Positions 1 to 10,800 of a stretch of 28,122 nt of DNA are shown here, one piece after another. The DNA lies in assembly GCA_964035545.1 (NCBI GenBank), contig CAXIUT010000155.1, forward strand, positions 21,394 through 49,515, given 5' to 3'. The notes beneath the pieces are model-generated. The model did no database searches, was not told the DNA's origin, and worked only from the letters and a program-made list of their open reading frames with translations. The translations under genes were made by a program, and so were the position numbers. Each line of letters opens with the position of its first letter. Within the stretch, counting starts at the first letter, position 1. The DNA is from Bugula neritina (Eukaryota; Animalia; Bryozoa).

Positions 1-99
1 CCCAACCCCACCCCAACCCCAACCCCAACCCCAACCCCAACCCCAACCCCAACCCCAACCCCAACCCCAACCCCAACCCCAACCCCAACCCCAACCCCA
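1..99 (+). repeat. Left telomere, (CCCCAA)n
   Basis: About 16 tandem C4A2 units at the very start of the window, the Tetrahymena-type ciliate telomere repeat in C-strand orientation. Confidence 0.97.
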
Positions 100-100
100 T

Positions 101-101
101 A

Positions 102-148
<47 letters not shown>

Positions 149-149
149 A
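101..149 (+). repeat. Subtelomeric (ATAA)n microsatellite
   Basis: About 12 perfect ATAA units directly inside the left telomere, 11 bp from the stop codon of the first gene. Confidence 0.9.
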
Positions 150-160
150 GAGAATCATAT

Positions 161-856
161 TCATGGAGTTTTCTTTTCTTGCTTCGTTTTCTTATCTTCT
201 TCTCTTTATTGCTGACTTATTTGATTTCTTTACTATTGAAACTTTTAAAATGATTTAAATTCATTTCTTATATCCTAATAGTCTCCCATGGTAATCACTA
301 CTCCAGGTTTTGTATTTTTTTAAAGATGTTAAAAGCGTTTTAAACAGTAAGCCTATTTTTAACATTAATAAAGATATTGTTCTCTTTATTTTTTCCATTA
401 TTCAAGATAGTTAATTTATCTATCGAATAAAATATTTTCTTCAGGTTCTTAATCCGGTTCATGTTCTTTTATTTTTTGTTTATCACCAAAATAATTAAAT
501 CCTTTGAATACTTTTGATAAAAAACTTTGATTTTTTTTCCTTTATTTTTCTCTTTGCAGCCTTTAAACTTGTTCTCGAATATTTACTATTTCTGGTCCCA
601 GAACCTCATCATATTTTATTGGTCTTCTGCTTTTTATAATTTTAATTTCCACAGAAAATTGATATATTGTAGTTTGGTACTCTTTGAAAAACGAAAGTAT
701 TTTTTATGCAAGAAGTTTTCTTATTGGAGAATCAGAATAATCAACATTTTCAAGGATAAGGATTTTTTTTTCTACGTTTTTAAGCAAATTTTTTCCATAA
801 AAGTAATGCCATATTGCCTAGTCAGCTTTTAATCTTATTTCTTCTGCCTTTTTCAT
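161..856 (-). CDS. Hypothetical K/E-rich protein (~231 aa)
   Basis: With TAR=Glu the frame is open from ATG 856 to TGA 163-161 (MKKAEEIRLKADEAIWHYFYG...KQEKKTP). It stays open ~35 codons further upstream without an ATG, so the start is uncertain. No family recognised. Confidence 0.6.
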
Positions 857-1109
857 AAGAAATAATTTCTTTTGTTACTTGATTGAATGATACTATTTTC
901 CAAATTTAAAGGCCTTTCGTAAAGTTTATTTCTATAAGCAGCAAATAAAAATATATAAAAATGATCAAAACGATATATAAAATAATCAACAATATTAATA
1001 ATAGAATAAAATATTAGATTTAAAATTATATGAACAAAGTGTTGGGAATTTATATATTTGCTTAAGATTTTTATCTATTTTTATTGGCGCATTTTGATAT
1101 TATTTTAGA

Positions 1110-1739
1110 ATGTAACAAACTCAAGAGCTTTATGAAGTTTAATAGATACTCAAAAAAAGAACTTACTATGGATGTACTTTATTTTACTATTTAGAAATTC
1201 AATACGAAGTTAAATGGAAAAATTATTCAATCCACTAAACCACCTGGGAGCCAGAAGATCATCTGGCTCATTTAAAATAAGATCTGAAAGCATTCAACAA
1301 GAAAACGATCAAAAACAGAAAAGATCAAAAAAAAGATAAAAAAATAAATCATAAAAAACATTAAGCTAAACATTCAAAACAAATTAGAAAAAGAAATGTC
1401 GAAAAAATATCTAAGTATCTGTCTCAAAAGGAACAAACAACAAACCAAAAATAAATACCTCTTAACTCCACATAATTTTAATTTTTAAAACTAACAGAAG
1501 TTTTAAAAATATAATAAAGTGATAATCTAGTAAATTCTTTACCTCTGGAATCCTGCCCAAAAACTGAATAATGTCGAGTTATCGATAGTTGTTTTGATAA
1601 AAGATAAGAAACTACTTATCAGCTCTTATGGAAAGATTAAATCATAAATCTATCAGAAAAACAAACAAAATTGCTGTTTCCATCTGCACTTAGTCTTTAT
1701 TATGAATAGAAAATTAGAAAAATACTTCTTAGTAAATGA
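1110..1739 (+). CDS. HP1-like protein (chromodomain plus chromoshadow-like domain); 21-nt intron 1174-1194
   Basis: N-terminus LYEVEEILKKRTYYGEIQYEVKWKNYSIHETTWEPEDHL is a chromodomain with the Y/W/Y aromatic cage intact. A basic hinge follows, then C-terminal YQLLWKDEIINLSEKQTKLLFPSALSLYYEEKI resembling a chromoshadow domain. Ends TGA 1737-1739. Confidence 0.88.
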
Positions 1740-1768
1740 TATCTATTCATTATTTTAATAGAAAAATA

Positions 1769-3441
1769 TCAATTAATAACTCCATTTATTTAAGGTTCAA
1801 TTAATGGTCCCACTAATTTCTGAATCTGCCACATAGCTCCCAAACATTCCTCATCTTCCATATGTTTTCCAGTTATCTGAATTGCAAGAGGCAAGCCTTG
1901 ACTTTTTTTAATACTTTATTCAACTTTTTTCTCAAAAATATTACTTCCTCGATAAATAGTTTCACTTTATCGGACTAATCGAGTGGGAACTACTCCAGCA
2001 GGTAACTCCATAATATTTTGAAAGCAACAATAGGCTAATTGATAGACTAAGAGATCAGATGTCCCTATTAAAGGAGCAGTAAAAGGCATAACAGGACTAA
2101 TTAGAATATCTAGTTAATCATTAACCCATTTTTCGATAAATTATCTTTTAACTGACTCTAATTATAGATGTATTTTAAAAAATTACTTGCATGTTTGATT
2201 CTTAGAATACATAGAATAAATTTCTTTCATTTGTTGATCTAGAGATGTTCCTTTCCTCATTTTAGATGCAATTTTACCAAATAATTCAACATCATAAAAG
2301 CCTTTTACTTGTTAAGTAGAAATATGTCCTTCCATTCGCTTGTATATCGATTCAAAAAATCCAATTTCATAAACATATTTGAAAAAAAAATCTTTAAACT
2401 CATGTAATCTAGGAAATTTAAACTAGATAACTTTATGTTTATTCTCTTTTAGTTTGTTTATTGTCTCATCTATTGTGTTAATTAAACTAGGAGCCACCTT
2501 CATTTAATGGTTCTCGTACAAATGTCCCACTCTTAATTTCTTTCGTTTGGATGATTCATATATAGCCTCTTTCCATTCCCCTCCATACATATAAGGATCA
2601 GTTTATGATCTTCTACCCAATGTTTTTGAACACAACCAGACCAAATCTTCAACATTTCTGGTCACAAAACCTAGGCAAGGATCAACATCTCCAAGTTTAA
2701 TACCCTAAATAAAGTATTATTTACCTCAGATCCACTCGGTGAAACCCTGCCTTTAGTAGAAAGTCTTTTTGATCCAGTTGGCTTGTATCCATAAACTCCA
2801 CAGAATGCAGCTGGAATTCTTGCAGATCCTCCAGAATCAGAAGCAATTCCAAATACTGAAGCTTTGGTAGAGACTAATGATCCCTATCCTCCTGATGATC
2901 CACCACTAATAAATTCAGGATTATAAGGGTTTTTTGCAATCCCAAAAAGATCTTCACTTCCTGATTAGATTCCCAGAAGGCCTTGAGGTACATTAGTATG
3001 AGCAAAAGCAATACAACCTTCCTGTTCTAGCAACTATACAACAGTTGAACTGGTTTTTGAAGGTTTCAAATTATCAGCAAATCCGCAAGTTTAAATCATT
3101 CCATCGACCTTAAGATGATCTTTTACTGAGAAAGGTATTTTGCTCAGACCATCTTTATCCAAAACTCTTTCAACATTTACATCAGCAAGTGCATTTAATG
3201 ATCTTACTTCAGAATGAAGACACCTTGTAGCAAATGTTCCGAAAAGCTTGTTATTTTTATTTTTAATTAGATCGTGAATTTTGCAATTTAGAAATGATGT
3301 ATTAACCTTTGCTTTTAAAGGTTAAAGAAGACTGAGTTGTTAAGATTGTCTCTATTTCAGTTTATTAACATTCTTTATAAGATCAGACCTGAGACCAAGA
3401 ATACCAAACCTTCGAAACAATCTTATTATTTTATTCAACAT
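1769..3441 (-). CDS. Amidase-signature (FAAH-like) enzyme; 20-nt intron 2705-2724
   Basis: Motifs IPFSVKD, HTNVPQ, NPYN...GGSSGGEG and SDSGGSARIPAAFCGVYGYKPTG; Lys/Ser/Ser catalytic triad present. 551 codons after splicing, TGA stop. Confidence 0.93.
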
Positions 3442-3470
3442 GATAATAATAATAATATTCTACCAATCAC

Positions 3471-4607
3471 TCAAAAGGAAGTCTTCAAAAAATTAATATC
3501 GAAATCTTACAAACACTTAGCGTTCATCCTATTCTTTATCAACTTGGCATATGTATCGTTCAACATCTCTGATTTCAAATATTTCATCAATTGACTCTCA
3601 TCCTTAAAATTTAAAATTTTTTGCTCGTTCACAGACAACATACGAATCAAAAGAGAATGAACTACTGACTCACCATCAAGAAGAAATAGATCAAGAATGA
3701 CTGGAGCTAGATCTGGTGGACAGTTATAAAGACAAATAGTCACATAGTATTGAGCAAAAATACTTAAATCCCACTCCATCTCATGTATTCTTTGAAGTAT
3801 TTTTGGAACCTGTTCTTCCATCAACAACCTTAGTACCTCTAACATTCTTTGCACTCCTGTTAGATCAGCCTCAAACACTTCTGCCCATCCTTTCCACTTC
3901 ATAATACCGACCATAACCCAAAAGACTCTTTAAGAAAGTTACTCCTCAACAACAGCATGTCCTTTAATATTCACATCATTCTATATTTTTAACAATTTCA
4001 ATAAAACTCCTCCTATTACATTCATGCCCTGAATATATCCCTTTTTGCTCAAGTTAGCATAAGCTATTAAAATTTCTCTCAACTCCTGTAAATTGTTCGT
4101 AACTACACTGGTACGAACCACATCTTTATCTATACATTCTATATCGTATTTAGACAGTCTTTCAGGATTGCATAGCTAAAGAAATGTCTATTTTGCCTAT
4201 TTTTTCATTTATCGAGTATTTGCTAACACCTGCCAAACATCTTTTCTCACTGTATAGTCTATTCCTTGAAAAATAGAAAAGTAGAGATCTTTTTTGGAGA
4301 CCAATGATAAATCTGACTTCAATATAATTTTTTTCCACTGGTCAATGGAAAGCAATTTCCCTTCACATCTCTTACCTATGAGTAAAAATCCCTTCAGATA
4401 CATATTCTAGACTCCCTATGACTCGTAAGGTATTTCTTCCTATTTATTAAGATCTCCCAGCAAGACAAAGTCTTCGCTTGGAGGTTAGTCCAATATTTCT
4501 GATACGATAACCTCAAATGAACTTGAATTATGATTAGATTGTTTGATAGATTGACCATTTTATTCCTATTTTTTGAAGTAGGTAGTAATTTGTTTGATAA
4601 AGTTCAT
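3471..4607 (-). CDS. TBC-domain Rab GTPase-activating protein
   Basis: GIDYTVRKDVW, IDKDVVRT (IxxDxxR arginine finger), GYIQGMN (YxQ glutamine finger), ILDLFLLDG. One 379-codon ORF that joins two ORF-track fragments once TAR is read as Glu. Confidence 0.93.
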
Positions 4608-4645
4608 TAATAATGATAATAAACTATAAGTAAGAAGTGATATAA

Positions 4646-5546
4646 TCATTCAACAGACTTCTCTACAGTCCGCTCCATCATATTCTGATAATTTCCCTCA
4701 TAAAATTGGAACCACTTCAAATGATAATCAGCCATTATTTTCATATATTCAGGTTAGTATTGATTCGTCCCAAGCAAACCACCAACTGAGCTAACAACCT
4801 CTACTCGAGTCACTACTGGCAGACATTGAACTTTTATATTCTATTCTTGAGCTGAATATTCACTATGAGATGAAGGTTCAGGCGAGATAGAATCTGATGA
4901 AGCAATATTTTGCTTTTTAACAAATAGTTCAGTAAAACTTTAGAAAGCTAAATAATTGTCATTAATCAACTTTTAGCTCTCTTTCTTATTGACTCTATAC
5001 TTAAGTTGTTTAATTGTCTTCATTAGCAACATATCTTAAAATCCTATATTAAAAATGAAGTACCATTTCTGCCCTAATATATTTATAGTAATAACTCAGT
5101 TTTAAAATCGTTAATAAAACCTGTATTTTTTTTCATAAAATATTTAACAATAATCTTTAGTAAAAACCTAATATTTCCATAGAAGTAGTTCTTAATCTTA
5201 GTTTGAGTTCTGAATAAGGTCCAATTTACCTTCCTGGTAGATATTTTTGAATTAGGAACCATTTATGCCCAAACTAATTAAATTTAACGTAGAGAGTTTA
5301 AAGCTATTAATCACTCCATAGCTATTTATTAACAGATGGATCTAAATGGTTAATAAACCTCAATATTAATATAAAAATACCTTTATCGACATTAAACATC
5401 ACTTCTGAAGAAGCCTTTTTTTTTCAACTCATCAGATGCTGTCTTCCATTTCTTACTTTTTATAGAATGACTCACTCTAACCAATATTTAGTCTTCCTGC
5501 ATTAATTTAGATCTACCTAAGTGCCCCAAATTTTAAGTTTTCCCAT
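4646..5546 (-). CDS. R2R3-type Myb DNA-binding protein; introns 5497-5516, 5359-5380, 5210-5229, 5044-5063
   Basis: Spliced product WGTEEDEIL...KKWKTAS...RSDVECRERFINHLDPSVNKELWSDEELETL...GHKWFLIQKYLPGRTQTKIKNYFY gives two Myb repeats. Removing the four introns leaves 273 codons ending in TGA. Confidence 0.9.
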
Positions 5547-5921
5547 TTTGTAAAAATATTGTTATAATCAAACTATCAAAATTCAATAAAATATAGCATA
5601 TCTTAATTAAATCCATATTTTTCTATTTGTATCTGATTATGACCTCAGAAAAGACTTAGATAGTATCATCAGGCATTCATCGGAATATTATCCGATCAGT
5701 TTTCATCTAACTGTAGAGAAAAGTCAAATACTTTTTGAATCAACTTGTAACATCAAATATTTATAACACATAATTATAACCACAAAAAATTAACAATATT
5801 ATCCAGGTTACATTGAATCATCAAAAATTATCAATCCAAACTATTATACCTCACAACCACTTAGTATTAGTAATAACAAATAATCAAAATAAAGTCATAC
5901 ATAAATTCAATTATAAAGATA

Positions 5922-7877
5922 TCATTAGGGTAATATCTCCTATATTTCACTCCATTCATACATATTAAAGCATAATAAACGTTTTTGATTATTAGATAAC
6001 TCCTGACTTCCCATATTCTGTAAAATATGTAACTTACCCTTCCATAGTACTGGACATTGGTTTCCAAAGTCATCACCACTTATCAAAGGCTTCTCATTAG
6101 CCCATCGAACCGTAAACTTATACTGCTTTACAGTCTTTCCTCCCCTTATCCCACTACCTTTAGGCTAAGACCTTAAAACAGAATCAAACTTAACTCCTCG
6201 ACTCTCAATGTCAAACTACTAAACGCCAATAATATAACTATCAGCAGAACCTTTTGATCCAGTTGTAATTCCACCAAAAACAAATATTTCATTGGGATTT
6301 ATTTGATAAGCAGCCTGGTTAGCATTAAATAAAGTTAATCTTTAATTTCTATCAAATTCAGGGATCAATAATTCAACATAACTCCACCTAGGAAGCTGTG
6401 AATTTCTCTTAGAAGAGAACCATTCAGTCATATCTAGCCTCTAAACAACTTAAACCACTGCGATATCAGCCTTATTCTGATAAAGACCTCCTACTCTCAG
6501 TACATTACTCTTATTGAAAGCCACCAAAGTACCAGAATATGTTCCAAAATTAGTATCTTCCATACTAATCATCGACTAGTCAGTTAAATCCAAATATTAA
6601 CTACTCTTTAAAACTTATCCATTCAATCCAATACCTCCACTTATCAAAATACCATAATTATCACTATTATTTTTATCTTAAACCAAAACAGCCTGACATG
6701 AACTTCGGCCATTTCTCATCCTGGCTCTCAAATATCTCCAACTATTTTATCTATTATTAGGCTCATAAACCCAAATTCTATTAGATCTTTAAGCTCCGAC
6801 TCCTGGCTTATTTACACTACTGAATTGAAGAGAATTGCTATTATTCATGCTATTTCGCTCAGGAATACCTTATAGTTGGAAAGAATTATTCAAATTATGA
6901 TTTTTACTGCCTTCCATTCTTCCAAAATTACTCATATTCATCGCCAACTAACTAGATTCTCTTCCATATCCTCCCTACCTTCCACTTCTACTATTATCAA
7001 CAAGATCAATCCCTCCAATCCAAAAAAATCTATTTCTTTTCCAATCATAAAGAGCTGTCCCCTGCCGACTAACCTAAAAAGGAACATGAGTAGTATTCCA
7101 ATCATCATGATCAATATTATAGGTAAACATTTTTTTATCTTCAGTCGATAAAGAATATAAGGTATTTGAAGTATCTGAAGTATGGTCAATCAAAAAATAC
7201 AAAGGAGATTAGTTCATAACTCGTTTTATTTGTCTTGTCTTCTCATGAGTACGTTCTCGCATATCTAAAGGAGAAATCATCAATTCATGATGAGTACTTT
7301 GATAAACTTTGAATTTGTTTGATCGGTTATGAGCCTTGTTGTCCATAATTGTTTGGTTATGTCTTTGAATGATGTCTTCCATAAAGTGACCACTATCGAA
7401 ATTCAGTGCCTTTCGCAATGAAGATATTTTATGATCAAAATTGGGACTACCCAAACTATACAATTACTGCATTTTGAATTATAGAGTTTTTTTAATATTC
7501 ACCTCATCTCTATTCAACTAGGCTTAATTCGATGATTCAAGTATCTTTATTTATGAGTCTATTTTCTCAGATATTATTTATATCAACCTCAATTTTTATC
7601 TCTACAAATCCTATTTCTGCTTCTGAACTTGCTTTATCATACTTTATCTCGTCTTCAAAGGTTTAAGATACTTCTCAATTTCACTTTCTTGTCTTTGAAT
7701 GTTCGACTAGGCAATGAGAAAAGCCTTCTTGATAGGCACAAGCTCCAATTTGTTATGAGTAGATCTATGTTCTTGACAACAAATATCACAGAGAGGAAGA
7801 TAGTAACAAGCTTCAGCCGCACAAAAATATTTTATCTACTGAGCATGCACTTCACAATTCATTGATTTTTGATTCAT
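5922..7877 (-). CDS. B-box zinc finger / coiled-coil / Kelch-repeat protein
   Basis: N-terminal CEVH...YFC...C...LCDICCQEHRSTH (B-box-like), a coiled-coil, then Kelch-type GG repeats (FFWIGG, ILISGG, VLRVGG, IFVFGG). 652 codons, no intron needed. Confidence 0.82.
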
Positions 7878-7958
7878 TTCAAACTATCTTAACAATATAT
7901 CAACATATCATCAATTCAAATCATAAAAACCAATTAATCTCGATAAAGATATTGATCA

Positions 7959-8919
7959 TCATTCTTACAAGTCAAAATGAGGAGATTTCTAGTTTTATTT
8001 TAACCAATTGAAATCCTGTATTTCTCTCCATAAATTTTATTTGCCCTCTCTCTCCTCTTCGACTTCATGTTTGGCTCTCTCCTCATACTGATACTTATAT
8101 TGTCCAAAAATAACTTTATTACAATCTTCTATAATAGCCTTACTCATCACAAAAATTCCAAATCTACTTGAAAAAGTATTATGAATACGTAACTGATGAC
8201 AATTCAACTAGAATTTACAATTTTAACAATTATCAACAAAAACAGTTGATTTGACAATAGCAGCCTTTATTATACAGTCTTTCAAATTCTTTAAGAATAG
8301 AATCTATGTCTTCTACAACAAATCTATCTCAACATTCTAACAATTAAGAATCTTAAAAGAACCTCCTTTAGGGCATTCACTTGTTATTGTCAACTTTTAG
8401 TTCTTCTTGTTCTCAATACCAGCAATAGTAGTCTACTTTCGTTCAACTTTAGTGACTTCTTTATTTTGTATTACCTCCTTAACACCGAAATCTCCATCTC
8501 TCCTTGAAAATTTGAACTTCTTCTTAGGTTATGCCTTCTTTCTCAATTCAATAATGTTGGTATTTATTTTATCCAAAGCTTCCTTATAATACTGTCTATC
8601 GAAACTTGTCAACACATAGTTTATCTAAAGATAGTAGTTCTTTATTCTAGTATAGTGATCAGTCAAATCAATTACTGCTACTTCTTTCTTCTTATAACAA
8701 CCAATTAGTCTATCCATTTCTATCTTATGTGATAATTACCTTGAGTAAGAGTTCTAAATTATTTTTGAATAAAAAGCATATCTTCCTGAGGATTATTTTT
8801 TTTCTATTCAAGTAGCCTTTTTCTCTACATTTGAACTTCCCTTAATTTCTCTGATTTAGATATCAGGTACCTTGTTCTTTAAGGTGATCCTCAAATATTT
8901 TTCGCTTTTACTAATTCAT
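7959..8919 (-). CDS. TBCC: Tubulin-specific chaperone C (tubulin-binding cofactor C); introns 8851-8870, 8720-8739
   Basis: FDRQLYKEAL...PKKKFKFSR N-terminal domain; C-terminal CHQLRIH, AIIEDC and NLWREIQDFNWL...SPHF match TBCC consensus motifs. 307 codons. Confidence 0.88.
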
Positions 8920-9050
8920 TTTAAATAACAAGTTTTCAAATCCAACTAAAATAGTTCATTTATCATCAAAATATATTCTTTAATATTTACTTATCCATAT
9001 CAATTCATAAACAAAATTATCTACTCTTATATTCATTCATAACTCTAATT

Positions 9051-9376
9051 ATGGCTATCAAAATGACTCCAGATATGCTGCGTTTTCTTCAAAAAAGAGT
9101 CGGAAAAAACCTAATTCTCGTTCGCAAGTATTGCTTTATCAACTTAGAAACTATGAAGAACTCGATGTTGCTGTTACCAACCTCCAACAATAAATTAGAA
9201 AAATGTAAAGAAGATAAACTATGTACTATTTACCAAGAGAACTTTAAATGATGCACAAAGGATAAGAAAAGAAAAAATATTGGATCGACACTATTCGACA
9301 CTACAATCAGAAAAAAATGAGTTTCTATGTTACAAACGTATTAGCTACCAAAAAAATAACAGTTCCCATTCGTTGA
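9051..9376 (+). CDS. Small basic protein (101 aa), possibly mitochondrial ribosomal protein bS21m-like; intron 9128-9147
   Basis: Splicing a 20-nt intron gives MAIKMTPDMLRFLQKRVGKNLILVRKNYEELDVAVTNLQQEIRKMERRETMYYLP...RHYNQKKMSFYVTNVLATKKITVPIR. The gene model is solid; the S21 resemblance (size, ILV...A...L...YY.P...YN pattern) is weak. Confidence 0.6.
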
Positions 9377-9401
9377 TTCATAAATAACAAAAATAAACTT
9401 A

Positions 9402-9962
9402 TCACAACTGTTACGGTAAAACTTTCTTTTTAGAAGAACTCTACTATATCTTTTTCCAATCAAATTTAGACAATCTAGTTTTTATTGCCTTTAATTCATC
9501 CGCTTTCTCTCTTTTACTCATTGATAGCTTACTCCTATCATCTGATATATTGCTGATATCTCCGAATTAAAAACTATCACTGATAAAACTCTTACCATCT
9601 TGTTTTTGATTATTATATTTCTCCTTCAATTACAAATATTTTACATTTAATTCGATTAAATTTCCCTTTTTCCTCTGTAACTACCTACGCAATTCCTCTT
9701 TTTCTTGAGTCAGTATCTTTATTATTTAGTCTTTTTAATCTTCTGTAGAATCTGTGCCAATAGCTATCGAATTAGTTTCCTTTTTAATACCATTTTTTCC
9801 TGGAGAAAGTTCAGAATAATTTCTATGTTTAACAGCTACTGCTCTATGTGAAAAAAGAGAACTATTTTTACTTTAACTAGAATCTCTTCCAGTGAATTTT
9901 TTCTTCAAAAAATGTTTATGACCTATTTTAGATGCAGGATTAGTCATTTATATTGATTCCAT
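9402..9962 (-). CDS. Hypothetical coiled-coil protein (186 aa)
   Basis: ATG-to-TGA ORF of 187 codons that fills the gap between its neighbours; central EKDEIIKILTQEKEELRRELQRKK heptad pattern. Confidence 0.7.
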
Positions 9963-10017
9963 GATATTTTTATCAAAACTTATCGTTTAAATATTATTAT
10001 TATTTTATATCAATTAC

Positions 10018-10752
10018 ATGCTATATAAGTGGTCATTTATCGGTAACTTTTGTACAAACATAATAAAAAAACATTTAAATTCAATCAATCCCATTTCAGA
10101 GCACATAGTTTTTGGTCATTATTTTCCAAAATAATGGAATAAAGATCATATTTACTAACAAATCGATCCGTCTAGAAATAATATCAATGAAATACAACTG
10201 ATAAACAATCGTATGGGACAGCCATCAGGAAAAGTAGTATTAAAATTTATTAACTAATAAACAATGAAATCATATATCTAACGCTACAACTAAGATTTTA
10301 TTATTACCAAATAGGCTACTCATAGAGTAATTCTTCAACCATTTAATCTAAAAACAAAAGAATTAATATATGAGAATAAAGGGAAGAAGAGTAAACATTC
10401 AGTTAAAATAAAAAATTTAGATTTCGATATAAATTATGAAGAATTATAAAGAATAGCTAAAGATTTTGGAAAAATTACTTTTATCTAGATGCAAATCAGA
10501 CCCAATGGATTAAATAATGGATTAGCTACTATATATTTTCAAAAATAAAGATAAGCATAAGATTTTGCATACTTTTGTGATGGATTACTATACAAGTAAA
10601 GAAAACTAAAAGCATAAATAATAAAAAATCAATAAAAGAATAGTAAAAAACAATAATATCTAAAATAACCAACAACTACTTTATAATCACAAGAATATCT
10701 ATTTAAAAAATTAACAGCTTAATAGAAGAATATATAAAATTCATAATTATGA
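10018..10752 (+). CDS. RNA-binding protein with two RRM domains
   Basis: RRM2 reads VKIKNLDFDINYEELERIAKDFGKI...NGLATIYFQKEREAEDF; a degenerate RRM1 reads FPKEWNKDHI...GQPSGKVVLKF. 245 codons. Confidence 0.8.
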
Positions 10753-10800
10753 TATAACTACTTATTGTTATTCAAAATCATTATTAATATAATTCAAATT

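Noticed and set aside
161-856. Euplotes-like programmed frameshifts or homopolymer errors in the first gene
   Set aside because: Careful base-by-base translation shows one uninterrupted frame.
5639-6060. Plus-strand ORF starting at ATG 5639
   Set aside because: It runs antisense into the Kelch gene and shows no recognisable motif; long spurious frames are common when TGA is the only stop.
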